DNA of 64,000 nt from Octopus sinensis (GCF_006345805.1 NC_042998.1:76260001-76324000), one strand, 5' to 3'. Counted from the stretch's first letter, positions 1 to 12,885 are shown. The notes: a model not told the origin generated them from the sequence alone. Made by a program: numbers and translations.

Positions 1-603
1 AATTTTGATCAAGAAAGGCAGGAAAGACAATCTAGAATTTAAATTAAGTAGTGAATATAGTTAAATGTGAGTTTGATCTTTAACTCTAAGTGACAACTCT
101 GGATATGTTTATGTATCAATAGGCCTCATCAGCAAAGTTTAGGCTAATTTCCATATCTTAGAATGAGACACATGTACAGATTTCTCATGAATAAACATTG
201 AGTTGCATTATAACTTAAAACAACAATGACCAAAGAAAATTACCCTGAGAGGACAGCTGAATGATGAAGTAATAGTGTTTAACTTCATGTAATGAATATA
301 TAACTACATTATCTATCCAAAGTATCTTTTTTATTTACAATGGCAAGGTGTGAGTTGAGGGAGATTCTGCTGATATATTTAACAGGTTGAGTGACTATGT
401 AGTCTCCTTCATTGACCAGTGGGTACCCAAAAATATTCATATGGAAATATTTAAATGGATACACTCATGAAAATATTTTGAAATTTATTATAATTTATGA
501 AATAAAGAATGAAAAGAAATTAAATCTAAAGAATTAAAAAAAAAGAAAATGAAACAAATCAGATATACTTTTATAGTTTTGTTTTAATATAATTTATCTT
601 CAG

Positions 604-726
604 TTTTAGATGAAAATTTAAAACAAGAAAATGAATCTGAAAAGCAGAAAGAGGAACCTGTAAAGAGAATTGAACCCCTTCCAAGAAATTCATTTCCAAT
701 GAGAGAGTGGGACATTGGAAAAGACA
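604..726 (+). CDS. CCDC174: Internal coding exon of CCDC174 homolog (LDENLKQENESEKQKEEPVKRIEPLPRNSFPMREWDIGKD)
   Basis: CAG acceptor at 601-603, GTAAG donor at 727, 123 nt, phase 1/1, and it joins in frame to the exon at 1042. The spliced sequence REWDIGKD-KFFEREKEYFKQRRDERNYQFAPP matches the CCDC174 motif REWDRGKE...LRAERDPEFAPP as I recall it. Confidence 0.8.
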
Positions 727-1041
727 GTAAGGAATTTTTAGTTTATTCACTCAATTTGTTAGTTGAAGAGCTAAACAACATTCTTTTATGTCTTAACTGA
801 GAATCTGTATTTTTAAGAATAGTTACCTTCTGTTGTTTCAGTATAACAGTCACATTTGCATTCTTTCAAACACTCCTTTGAGAAAGTAAGTTTAATCACA
901 AACTTAATAAAAGATTTATAGAAAATCTACCAATAAGTACAACTAATTGATTACATATATTTAACAAAATATAATGAAGCGAAGTGATTTTTACAAACCA
1001 TGAATTTAAAGTTTGTATCATTTTCTTTTCTTTTCCATCAG

Positions 1042-1622
1042 AATTTTTTGAAAGAGAAAAAGAATATTTTAAGCAAAGGCGGGATGAAAGAAATTATCAA
1101 TTTGCTCCACCAGATTGTTACAATAATAATGTTTCTAAAGAAATGAATTTGCCAAAGAGACAATACAAGGATTGCTATGTACCCCAAGAAAGAAAGGAAA
1201 GTAAAATGAGCAAAAAGCAAACAGTTAAAATGGATGACAATTGTATGCAGTTAAATCCGATAGATACAGCAAATATTCCACTTCCAGGAGAGACAAGGAA
1301 ACTAAATTTTGTAGATAATTCACCACTGATTTCATCAGAAAGCAGTTCTCTTCCTAATTCTACTCACCAGGAGCAACAACCAATTTTGAATTCTACTCAG
1401 CCATTTTCTCCAGTATTTACTGCTCCACCTCAGTATAATACACCAAACCAAAATACATCAAGTGTGCCACTAGAAATGCCTGTAAATTATCCTGCAGTTA
1501 CATTTCAGAATGATTCAGTAAGTGAAATATCGGTTCAGCAAGATTTGTTGCCTAAACAACCTAAACCCACTATTGTAGATACAAGGTTGGTGAAAAATGT
1601 AAATTCTTTGAAGAATTACTAA
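1042..1622 (+). CDS. CCDC174: Probable last coding exon of CCDC174 homolog
   Basis: Polypyrimidine tract plus AG at 1040-1041; phase 1 continues the previous exon. The ERNYQFAPP motif is followed by a long S/P/Q/N-rich tail to TAA at 1620-1622. A possible AG|GTTGGT donor at 1585/1586 leaves the true 3' end uncertain. Confidence 0.75.
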
Positions 1623-1890
1623 TTTCACACTATTCAGAACATTTGATTGGCACCTGTATCTTTAACTTATATATTCCTTTAATGATATTAAATAACTAAA
1701 ACTCATTGGTTTAGTTTGTATTTTAGATATCTCTATCTAGATAAAGCAATTAAAGATAAAATGCAAACTATTAACTTTACAAAGGATAATATAGAGAAAA
1801 TAAATATTTGACATAATATAAATAAGTAAAATTGCATAAACTTAATTTTCTATGTAAAGGTTTTAATGCCAAGTGTTTCATTTTCACAAT

Positions 1891-1961
1891 TTATATAGCT
1901 AACCCAAACACAGACACAATCACATACATAGTTTTGTTCTCCCACTTGACAGTACAGCTCC
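1891..1961 (-). CDS. DYNLT1: DYNLT1 coding exon 5 ([23 protein letters not shown])
   Basis: Strong pyrimidine tract plus CAG acceptor; TAA at 1891-1893. Matches the Tctex-1 C-terminus [23 protein letters not shown]. Could be the common ancestor-type ortholog of DYNLT1/DYNLT3. Confidence 0.96.
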
Positions 1962-2039
1962 CTGAAATAAAAAGAAAATAACAAATTTATTTAAAATAGC
2001 AAATAGTATAGGTATATCAGAAGTTTAAAGTTTTTTCCA

Positions 2040-2760
2040 GCTTATCTTGCATTTAAGTTAATCTTCTTATGGAGCAGAGAACTAATATAAATAGGAGGGG
2101 GCTAAGAATTGAACTTTAATGGACTCCTACTTACACACTAAATTCTTTGTTGAATTCATTGCCAACTCTCACAAGCTATTCATCTACACCTCTTCTTAAC
2201 AGCCTCCAAATTACATAATATTCAGTGAACGGTCTTATCTAGTAAGACAATGTTAAGTATAGTAGCTTACTCTTGGCTAAGGACTTCTCTTGTAATTGCC
2301 TCACTAGGAAGAATATATTGGCTGTACTGACCTGGCACAAGCCAGAACGGCATCTTGTTTAAGTTAATGCACTTTCTAATCAGCTGTGCTATATGATTCT
2401 ATTACCTTTGTAACTGGGTCCATCAATTTGATGCTTCTGTAGTTTTTTGTAATGGTAGTTGATGGTAGACCTATGCTCGTCATTGGATAAGATACCTCTT
2501 TACCATTTGACTAGCACTATCTCTACATTACCAGATTTTCAACTTCACTGTGACTATCACAGACAGACTAGCTGCTTTTAGGGCCTTCATATCCTGTGTT
2601 CTCTATATTAAGCAGCCTTTCAAATAGCATTTCCAAGTTTCTTTCTCTTCACCATCAGTGAGGATAAATGCACTATAGTATCAGATCTGACATCCTGGTT
2701 CTTTGAAATCCTACTATATCTTTTTGTGCTCATTATTGACTCAAATCAAATTCCTATATA
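2040..2760 (-). mobile_element. Highly decayed RTE LINE fragment in DYNLT1 intron 4
   Basis: Nucleotide similarity to the RTE RT region at 20.8-21.2 kb. Confidence 0.6.
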
Positions 2761-3504
2761 TATCAAGCAACACTGTTTGACTATCACTTAATAATAAAAA
2801 AGAATTATGAACCTGCAGTTTCATCAACAAATTTAGTAATCAATAAAAGAACTTAGGATTACTAGGGTGTTATTAACAACAATAACACATAGCTATAACA
2901 ACTATTTTGTAAAAAAAGAAAAAAAGACACCTAAGTAAGGATATAACCCTTAAACTAGATTAATGATAAATGTTATGTTACCTATAATATGAGAATGTAG
3001 GAAACCATCAGTAAATGAAGAAATGAAAGCTCCAGGACAGCTTCAGTAGAAAACTAAATGTTGGCCTTCCTCACAAATGATGTGATGAAAGATACAGGTG
3101 AATGATGATATACAGTATGGCATATCCAACACATGGAAAATAACAGATATTAACATGATGATGTCAAACATTTTATTGCTCTCCTCCAGTAAGATTTATA
3201 ACAATAACATTTTTTTAATGTTGACATATTTAAAATTGATAAGTTGCATACAAGCTTCTTCTCATCAACCTCATCAAAGCTTAATTCCCCAGAACTGACA
3301 GTACCCTCTGAGAGTCACTTGGTATCCATTTTGCTTCCACCAACCATATATTAAAATTCCAATTCAACTCACTTCCCCTACACAGTTGTCTTAGTTGTAG
3401 AGTTTATGAATTACAAAAAAGCTATGAACACTCTCATTCTTCCTCATAGAAACAAAACTACAACATAACCTGGAGTTATTTTAATATTCTTTTCTTACTT
3501 TGGT

Positions 3505-3698
3505 ACAAAGCCAGCAATTTTGATAGGCAGGGAAGACAATTAACACTGACTCCAGTGTTCAACTGACACTTATTTTATTGATCCTGAAAGTATGAAAGGC
3601 AAAGTCAACCTCAGTGGAATTTGAACTCAGAACATAGACGGACAAATGCTTAGCAGCATTTTGTCTGACATGCCATTGATTCTGCTAGCTCACCATCT
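3505..3698 (-). mobile_element. tRNA-derived SINE, family B
   Basis: GAGTTCAAATTCC B-box and GCCTTTCATxCTTTC central domain. Other copies at ~11320-11410, 12685-12885, 35560-35745, 37197-37382 (-) and 32384-32535 (+). Confidence 0.75.
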
Positions 3699-3878
3699 TG
3701 TGTTATTTTGATATTCACACCAGATTATACAAAAAACGGCAATGGTGTGCAATGACTAGGAAAATAAAATAGTTACTCCCATTACGTAAAGTCAATGTTT
3801 AAAGTATATTAAAATAAATATTAGATTCAAAGTAAAGGTGGTTTTAGGATATTAAGAATTAAAATTCTCTACACATAC

Positions 3879-3956
3879 CATCTGTGGTGTTATCCCAGAA
3901 ACATGAGCTTGCTGTATGAAGTCCAGCACCATTCTTCTGCATTATTACACAGGTAA
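3879..3956 (-). CDS. DYNLT1: DYNLT1 coding exon 4 ([27 protein letters not shown])
   Basis: TTTCAG acceptor, GTATGT donor, 78 nt. Near-identical to Tctex-1 [22 protein letters not shown]. Confidence 0.97.
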
Positions 3957-4073
3957 CTGAAAACAATATTCCAATTTTGTAAAATATTGATTCATTATTA
4001 AAATGATAGAGAGTACTCAAAGAAATTACTATAACAAGTAATAAGACTATAGGGGAAAATAATTCACACTTAC

Positions 4074-4197
4074 CGATATATTTAAAAGGTTTGTTTAATT
4101 TTGTGAGTTGACTCAGGCACTGTTCAACAACATTTGATGTCCACTGATTGATTTTATTGTGTTGGTAAGCATTGGAGCCAATAACATTTTCTACAGA
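4074..4197 (-). CDS. DYNLT1: DYNLT1 coding exon 3 ([41 protein letters not shown])
   Basis: TTACAG acceptor, GTAAGT donor, 124 nt. Contains the Tctex-1 signature NAYQHxKxNQWT...KPFKYI. Confidence 0.96.
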
Positions 4198-6615
4198 CTG
4201 TAATAAAGAATAATTTAGTTTAAATTTAAGATGTTAATCTATATCAACAGGGAACTAAGACAATATCAGAGCATAGTTTATCTGGGGCTTAATTACTTCA
4301 CTAACACATGCTTACTGTTAGTTGTCAAGAGTAGAAACTTCTTTATTCCTAGGTGATTAGCTCAGACAGAGTTCCAGCAATCATCTTCAAGCTCAGAGCA
4401 CTATAACCTTATTCTTTGTTCTTTTTACAACTATCTATAACAAATTTTGAAAATACATAATAGCAAATGTACCTTTCCTCAAGAAAAGTAACATCAGAGA
4501 CTCTGCCAACTTCTGGTCAAATGCTTATTTCAAATATATCAAAGACGATACAGGTAGTCCTAGTGAATCACCTACCCCATGCCTATACCAGACTACAACC
4601 AGAATAGTTTCTACAGAGCTACATCATTCTGCTTTCTTCTTGTAATTTTTGCCTCTGACCACATCTAATACAAGAAACTGTTAGTTAAGTTTCCTGCATA
4701 TGGCTCAACACTTAGTTCACTGTCCCAATGCAGCCTATGATGAAAGTGTTTCCAACCCTCATTTTATGAAGTGATGTAACTCACGGTTGTTATATCTACA
4801 GCAGGTTTTTTTCACCCTTGCCTCTACCCCATACATTCTTGGAATCTCATACCTCTCTTCACTGCTTTTTAACATTCCATGTCATCCATATGGAATACAT
4901 TCTGACTTACAAAATGCCAAAGATTTTTGCTAGTATTTGAATGTATTTTGTACTACTGTTATCATCAACAATACACACTACAACCATGATTTATGTACAT
5001 ATGAAGTTACAAGTACATATTACTTGCTAAATGTGTGTTTCAATAACCTGCTATAACAAGAACTAGCACAAAGATTTTCCGGGTATGACGTTTAATAATA
5101 TATTTATCTATCTTTATATATATATATATATATATATGTAATGTAATATAATGTTAAAAATGTTGAAATAAACGGAAATATTTTTATATAAATTGTATAT
5201 ATTAAAGGATTAAAACATCAGAACATTGTTGTAGTGATTTTGTTGCTTGGACAAACATAGTTTACTTCTAGTCATGCTGTTATATTTATGGCCATGCACT
5301 TGGGACCAGGAAAAATGAGTAACTTTTAGTTTTCATTTATCATGTGCACCCTCAAATCTTAGGTTTAAAAATATAAAAGATTGTATATTATATATGAATA
5401 AATAGACACAGGCGTGGCTATGTGGTAAGAAGTTTACTATCCAGCCATATTGTTCTGGGTTCAGTCCCACTGTATGACATCTTGGGCAAGGCTGACCAAA
5501 ACCTTTTGAGTGGATTTAGTAAATGGAAACTGAAAGAAGCCTATTGTTTATGTATGTATATATTAATATGAGTTTAAAGGGATATATTATCAGGCCAGAT
5601 ACTGTAGTAACTCTCAGTTATGTTCCAGGTTATGGCTAACCGCATCGATTACTATTTAACGTCTATTACAGCTAGTTGTCACTCACACAGTAAATTTCTC
5701 TGAAGGCTAATAACACGTTCACTTCACTGGATAGTAATAATCATCTGGAGTGTATACTAGCAATAATTACGATGATAGAGAATATGGAGACTGGTATATC
5801 CTTACAATTTATTTCATTTCACAATGTCATACAACATATTTTTATGGTTATGATGACCTACATGTGTTTCCACTACATGGAATATGGGCAGTTGCATATG
5901 CATATGCAGCTTCATTCAGGGTTTTTCAACCAGCTTGGCTCGAAGCAAACTCAATTCAGTTAGTTGTTTATTGATTAGGGTTCAAAGGGAAGTGAGGGGA
6001 GATTGTTTTGAATCTGAAATCTGATCTCTTTTTGGAAACTTGTGTGGTTGACCACGGTTTCACACCAGGTGCTGGCCAAAGTCAAGATTCTGTCTCATTA
6101 AGTCAAAGTTTATGTTACTGTTTTGGCAGGCTTCTTAGTGTATTGTAGTAGATGGATACTTAATAAGCTTACTTTCAAGTATAGTTCTTGTAATGTATTT
6201 TATTTTAGGGTTGTTTAGTTCTATGTTATGTTCTTAGTTATTCAGATATTTTCGTGGCTGTCATACAGCATAAAAATACGATCCTCCTGTATTTCCTTTT
6301 ACCCAAAGCCAGGAACTTTTCAGCACCCACTTGTATGTATAGCTATGTGTTTGACTGACTGTATTTCTTAACTTTGTTGAAGATATGTAGTTGCTTAGAG
6401 CTGAAGTATTTTTAGTAAATCCATGATCAAAGATGTTTCTGGCATGACCATCACCACTTTTAATGAGACATAGTGTATCTCAGACTACATTATCCAATGT
6501 GTCCTTCCTTTTTTAAAATGACAGGGTCTGATTTGAGTTGTGCAATGGTGATTCAGTTCAAAATAACTTCCAGGGCTGAAAAAGAAGTCAAGACTAAGAG
6601 TTCTAATGGTCTTAC

Positions 6616-6657
6616 CTCCTTAATTATGTTAGTAACATCATCAACCACAAATGTGTT
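6616..6657 (-). CDS. DYNLT1: DYNLT1 coding exon 2 (NTFVVDDVTNIIKE)
   Basis: TTTCAG acceptor, GTAAGA donor, 42 nt. Matches Tctex-1 TAFVVDEVSNIVKE. Confidence 0.95.
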
Positions 6658-6792
6658 CTGAAATATAATAAACATAAATATTTAGATTCAAGTAAACTTA
6701 TACAAAAGTGAATGAGATTCATTAAAAAATTTTATTTATTGCTTAAATATATTTTACATTTGTTTTTATATTGCTAATATATTATTATTATA

Positions 6793-7375
6793 CTCTGTTG
6801 TGTCTGGGGAGAGTCATTTTCTTTTTGTGCCTTATAATGTAACACACTCACTGGTAAAATTTCCACTTATTCCTTATTTTTATTTTCCTAAAATTTTTGT
6901 TGCGTCTTGCAACCTTTTGAATAGTTTTGACTCTGTCCGTTATTTACACTGTGTTAGATGTATGTTTTAATGAAGTGGAGCTGTCGGGTAGCTATCTTGA
7001 TTTTCAGACAGCAGAACACGTGTTTCTCAATGTCTTGCTAGCTTGGCTAAAGCTTATTATATTTCGTTTTTGGACTTGGTTTGCAAGATTCTTTATATGA
7101 GTTCATGTGTTGAAACATATTCTGTTGTGTCTAGAGAGAGTCATTTTCTTTTTGTGCCTTATAATGTAACACACTCACCAGTAAAATTTCCACTTATTTC
7201 TCATTTTTATTTTCCTAAAATTTTCGTTGCGTCTTGCAACCTTTTCAATAGTCTTGACTGTCCATTATTTACTGTGTTAGATGCATGCTTTAATGAAGTG
7301 GAGCTGTCAGGTCAACACACGAACTCATATAAAGAATCTTGCAAAACAAATCCCCAAACGAAATATTATTATACT
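6793..7375. repeat. A-B-A'-inverted B' repeat structure
   Basis: 6793-6988 recurs at ~7119-7309; 7312-7365 is the reverse complement of ~7058-7112. Confidence 0.85.
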
Positions 7376-7383
7376 ATTATTTA

Positions 7384-8103
7384 GTATGCTCTGCTGGATG
7401 TGTAATGTCAGTCTGCATACACGACAAAATATAAGCACTCTGAGAGTAAAGTTGGACATAAGAAGCATAAGATGTGGCGTGCAAGAGAGATGACTGCACT
7501 GGTATGGTCATGTGTTATGCATGAATGAAGACAAATGTGTGAAGAAGTGTCACACCCTAGCAATAGAGGGAACCTGCAGAAGAAGAAGACCTGGGATGAG
7601 ATGATGAAGCATGACCTTCAAACGGGCCTCACAGAGGCAATGATAAGTGACCGAGATCTTTGGAGATATACTGTGCTTCAGAAGACCTGGCAAACCGAGT
7701 GAGATCATAGACATGGCCTATGCCAGTGTCACATAACTGGCCCATTTAAGAGTACCCTTCAATTGCAAGCAATATGCTGTGCTTGAGAAGACCTGTTGAA
7801 TCAAGTGAAATCGTTGTCGTGGCTAATACCAGTATCGCCTGATTGGCACCCATGCTGGTGGCACGTAAAAAGCACCATTTGAGCATGGTCAATGCAAGTG
7901 CTGTGAGATTGGCTCCAATGCTGGTGGCACATAAAAAGCATCCATTACACTCTCAGAGTGGTTAGCATTAGGAAGGGTATCCAGCTGTAGAAACCTTGCC
8001 AGATCAGATTGGAGCCTGGTGCAGCCTCCTGGCTTGCCAGTCCTCAGTCAAACCATCCAACCCATGCCAGCATGGAAAGCAGACGTTAAACGATGATGGT
8101 GAT
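7384..8103 (+). mobile_element. RTE LINE 3' end with UTR and (GAT)n tail
   Basis: CWMCNVS..LRVKLDIRSIRCGVQER followed by the family 3' UTR. Confidence 0.85.
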
Positions 8104-8229
8104 ATATTACTAATAGAATATATTAATATATGAATATACATCTAAAAATTTGATTGAGCAGAGGTTATATTGCTCACTGGAATAAATATTGTGGTATAGA
8201 TTCATTTTTAGTTAGCGTATGTGACAAGG

Positions 8230-9275
8230 GTAGTAGAAAATGATATCAAAGGGCTAGAACAGGAGCTAGATGACAAGTTTAACTAGAGCAGAAATAAACT
8301 AAAAGCAGAAGGCTTGTCAGTATTCTGCATCATAAAGATCAGAGGTATGAAGTGTGACAGAAATAGTAAAGCAGAGTGTCAGAGAGAATGAAGACATTCT
8401 TCAGGAAAACTGCATTCAAGATGGCAGTGATACCGCTTTGATACTGAGGGTAAAGAGTTTTGGAAATGTTACAATGAGTAGTTGCGGGATATGGAAAATG
8501 TATAGGAAAAATAACCACCTCAACTATACCCAACAGAAAGACCAGTGGTGAACAGCTAAATGCTCAAAACCCTTTAACATTTAAACAAACCATATCCTGC
8601 CATAAATATTCCATCTGTTTTATGTTCAAACTAGCCAGATTCAGCCTCTCACACCTACCCTACAATATCATTCTAAAATAAACAATCACATTATCGAAAT
8701 CTTGAAGCTATGAGAGAATGCATGATTAATTTAAAACAATGTGAATAATTAAGCATTATATTTGATAGAGTAATCTGAATGCTAAAGGGTTAAGAAAAAT
8801 ATGGGAAGCAGCAAATTCAATGGAAATAGTTAAGATGCAGAAAATATAGGCAAAGTAAGGCTTAAGCTAGTCACCGACATAATTAACCAGGTAACAAAAG
8901 GAGATATCATACCAAATGACTAGCATAGCAGTATAATCATTGACTGTTACAAGAGTAAAAGAAATGTCCCAGAAAGAAGCAACTGCAGAAGTATCAAACT
9001 GATGGACAAGAAAAATATAACATTACTAGATATAGTGTACAAAAGAGTCAACTGCATTGGTAGATATAATACATTTGGATAATGATAGCTGGATAAAGAA
9101 ATACCAAGAAATCCATATGAAGATGGAGGGAGATATGGAAATAAGTGGTGAAAGCTAATCTTAGGATGCCAAGCCTTAAAAAGGAGATGACAAAGAAATG
9201 GTAGGATGCTATTAGAGAGGATTCATCCAACCCATGCAAGCATGGAAGAGTAGATATAAAAGTGATGATAATGAT
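8230..9275 (+). mobile_element. Decayed RTE fragments interrupted by a TTAA MITE
   Basis: Similar to the linker and RT-start region of the other RTE copies; ends in a GAT-rich tail. Confidence 0.55.
8570..8789. mobile_element. piggyBac-like MITE, family 1
   Basis: CCCTTT...AAAGGG termini with TTAA at the right end; 220 bp; homologous to 15183-15402; interrupts an RTE fragment. Confidence 0.75.
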
Positions 9276-9534
9276 GATTGTTATTTGCAGTGAACAGTCA
9301 TGTTGTACAGAACTGCTCACAGTTGATCCTTTCCTGGATTACTCAATGAAAATTTTTTTGTACTTCTTTTCATTACCAAAGGGTTTGGGAATATTTAAAC
9401 AGCAACCCATTAGAAAGGAATTGTCCTCAACTTTAAAAAACAGTTACAATTTAAGAAAAAGAAAAAAAAAACCATAGCAAAATGACAAAAAGCACCTCCA
9501 ATAGCAATTTGTCATTTTCCAGAGTTGTGAGCCA

Positions 9535-9730
9535 TAAATGTGTGCCGGTGGCACATAAAAAGCACCCACTACACTCACAGAGTGGTTGGTGTTAGGAAGG
9601 GCATCCAGCCGTAGAAACATTGCCAGATCAGACTGGGCCTGGTGCAGCCTTCTGGCTTCCCAGACCCCAGTTGAACCGTCCAACCCATGCTAGCATGGAA
9701 AACGGACGCTAAACGAAGATGATGATGATG
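9535..9730 (+). mobile_element. RTE 3' UTR/tail fragment
   Basis: Shared terminal sequence ...CCAACCCATGCTAGCATGGAAA..ACG(T)TAAACGATGATG. Confidence 0.85.
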
Positions 9731-10699
9731 AAATAACTATACATGAACCAACTCCAGGCAAAAGAGAAAGCATGGAAGAAGTATTTTGCAAAAGAGAGTA
9801 CCTTCTAGCTGAAGAATTATCCAAAAATGGGTAAGAAAGAAAGCAACATACTTCTGTTTTTCAACATATGAAGTGGGGTTTCCATATATATACAAAAACT
9901 GAAAGGAAGCAAGGCTGATGTGTGGTCATATGCATTCTACTCTGACAGGTGTTGAGCATATCTAAGTGTGTGTTTGTTATTTAAGACTGAAGCTGAGGTG
10001 AGAAGAGCAAACCTTCTGGCAGTATGGTGCTGCAATACTAAAGTAGAAGAAATAAGAGATTAAGACCAGAGAAAATGGTGCTTATGTGAACTTTTGTCTC
10101 ATAATTTCCTTTGTGGCACACTTCTCACAGGTTGTGAGTGTAGTAGTGGCCTGTAACAATATGCCATCATGTAGGATCTGCATGACTATAAATGTCTTAG
10201 ATAATCTCTGAAGATCACAATGTTATTCCAGAGTTATATCCCACAGTGTGAAAACAGATCTGAGAAATACTGAATTAAAAAGTAGTCATATCAAAGAGGC
10301 ATTAGTAGTAAGGAACTCTGGATTAGCAACTGACCCTATATCATTGCTTTGTATTTTTATTAATTGATTAAATGTCTCTTGCTATGAATGTTGTGGAGAC
10401 AAAGTAAGCCACAACACTTCCTACAATTTCCTAGATGCCAAAAGCCCAAACTAAATTTATGGGACAATTCTTCTTCCTTTTCTCTACCATCTGTGAACTC
10501 TGATCTAATCTAAATCCCCACACATTCCATGCAACAACCTATTCTGTATCATTCAAAGACACAAATCTCATAACCTATCTCAGTTATTCAGATTACATGT
10601 TTACTGAAACTTCAGCTCCAAAAGATAGGGTCAGTGCTTCTTGCTATTGTTTCCTACGTGTACACACATTTTATAGGAGATCTGCAGTGGTTACTCAAT

Positions 10700-11050
10700 A
10701 CAAGTTCTCACGTGGTAAAACGGGCTAACGTTCCTGATAACAGTAAAGCTTTTGATTGTATCAGACATGTGGATTTCTTGTCAAAGTTGTCCATTCAAGG
10801 ACTTCATCCATCTTTTGACTCTTGGGTTGGTGGCTTCTTGTTAGATTGCAATTTTGCAGCCTGTCTTAATGGGCCTCTCTCAACACTTAGGCTATCAACT
10901 CTGGTGTACTTCAGGGTAAGGCTTTTGTCCCCTGAACTCTTTCTTCTCTCAATTAACAATTTACTTGCCATCACCTCTAACAATGTCCACTCCTATGCAT
11001 ATAATACCACCTGTCATTTCTCCTCAACTTCTACTGCCATAGTGTGATCC
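10700..11050 (+). pseudogene. Jockey/CR1-group RT fragment
   Basis: SKAFDCIRH..LSKL, ..LSPELFLLSINNLL and HSYAYNT (degenerate YADD). Confidence 0.7.
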
Positions 11051-12070
11051 ACACGCAACCTAGATGTCACCAGCTGGAGGAATCTGTCTCATAACTGTAT
11101 CCAGTATCATTTACTTGGTGGTGGCTTTTGTTTTGAAGATTTGCCTTTCTTATCATGCTAGGCCTGTAAGTTGGTGAAGGTACATTTTTTAGGTACTTAG
11201 GTGGTGTTTGACTCAGAACACCAAGCTGGATCAAATATTGCAAGGTCCAGCTTTATAGTTGTACCAATCCTTTGCTTTGATACTTTTGGATTGGTACTTT
11301 TTTCACTGATAACAAAATGATGAAAGGCAAAGTTGATTTTGGTGAGATTTGATTTCAGAGCACAGAATCAGAACAAATACTGCTCTGATGTCTCTGCTAA
11401 TCTACTACCTAGACATCTCACTTGAAATCTGCATGATTCTGAAAATACTTCATACCTTGATAACTATTAACTATCTACAAAACTGAAGTTCATGATGGGC
11501 CACTGCTCTAACATCTAGGATGATGTTGCTGACATACCAGCAAACATACTAGCCTATATGTAAATACAAGTCTCTTGACTAACTGGCATGAAGTCACTCA
11601 TAGACACAATCCTATTTCTAGTTTATAGATACATTAACTCCTCATTTTACCTTTTCTACTGTTTCTATCATCACTGCTGTTCCTTGGAGTAGGTTGGTCT
11701 TGTACTGCCTCCATTCAGGCACTCTTAATTTACTTCTATCTTATGACCCATATAGTGCCCACCATGGCCCAAGTTCTTTTCTGATCATTATTACCAGGCT
11801 TTCTTCTTCAAATGCCATGGGTAAAGACTTTTTCAAATCAAACCAATTAAAAGAGAAAAAGCTACCAATTATTCAGTGGGTGCTATTTCACCTTAATTGG
11901 ATTTGTAAGTGTATGATGCAAGCAATTATCTTCCAAGCAATCAACAATAGTTACAGTATCTTTACTAGTTCAATGTTTTCTAATGAATTGAACTTAGAAT
12001 GTTTAAGATCCTGATGAATTTGGAAACAGAAATTTTTTTAGTTTTGATGTTATGTATTATATTGGTTTAA

Positions 12071-12290
12071 CCCTTTCGTTACCAACCTGGCTGAAACCAG
12101 CCCTAGCTCTGAGTACAAATGTCTTGTTTTCATAAGTTTTGAATTAAAATCTTCCACCAAACCTTAGTCACAATCTATGTTCCTAACACTAGCTAAATGA
12201 TAACTAAGTTATTTTACTAAATTCTTTGTTATATTTAAAGTAATTGAAAGAAACACTGAGCATCTCAAAATAAATACAGTAACAAAAGGG
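12071..12290. mobile_element. piggyBac-like MITE, family 2
   Basis: TTAA|CCCTTT...AAAGGG|TTAA; 220 bp; interior not visibly similar to family 1. Confidence 0.8.
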
Positions 12291-12684
12291 TTAAATGTTA
12301 AAAAGTTTCCGTCAAGTTTTACAATGATTTATGAACTTGATTGAGGAATACTGACAAAACCTTGAAACTTGTTACCCCCAATTTAAAGGTGCCTTCTGTG
12401 AACTCGAAAGTATTAGTGACAACACTACAGAAAGAAAAAAAACATGTATTTTTCATTTGTACAGATAAATTTGATCTTAGACTTTCCACTGCAATATTTT
12501 GTTTAGTTACTGGATTCATTAAATACATTTATAATGATATAGTTATTATCATTCACTTTAAGTGATTATTTTATATACACCAGTAGTCATGCCTTCATCA
12601 AAGTATGTCATATTTGTAGTTTTACAATACATAAAAGAATGAAATATACAAAACAGAAGTAACACAATACTCAAGATGTAATTA

Positions 12685-12885
12685 GGGTTTCAAATTCTAG
12701 CACAAGGCCAACAATTTTTAAGTGGGAGGAAGTTAGTCTATTAAAACACTCAACTGATCCTTATTTTATTGACCCCGAAAAGATGAAAGGTAAAGTTGAC
12801 CTTGGCAGAATTTGAACCCAGAATGTAAAGTGCTGGAAGAAATGCTGCTAAGCATTTTGTCCAGCATGCTAATGATTCTTCTGGC
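12685..12885 (-). mobile_element. tRNA-derived SINE, family B
   Basis: Homologous to 3505-3698. Confidence 0.78.

Noticed and set aside
3001-3050. Possible extra CCDC174 terminal exon (RKPSVNEEMKAPGQLQ*)
   Set aside because: The acceptor has no pyrimidine tract, and the exon would have to interleave with DYNLT1.
5772-5963. ORF with CFHYMEYGQLHMHMQLHSG, resembling a C2H2 finger
   Set aside because: It lacks the C-x2-C pair and linker, has no convincing splice sites, and lies in a DYNLT1 intron.
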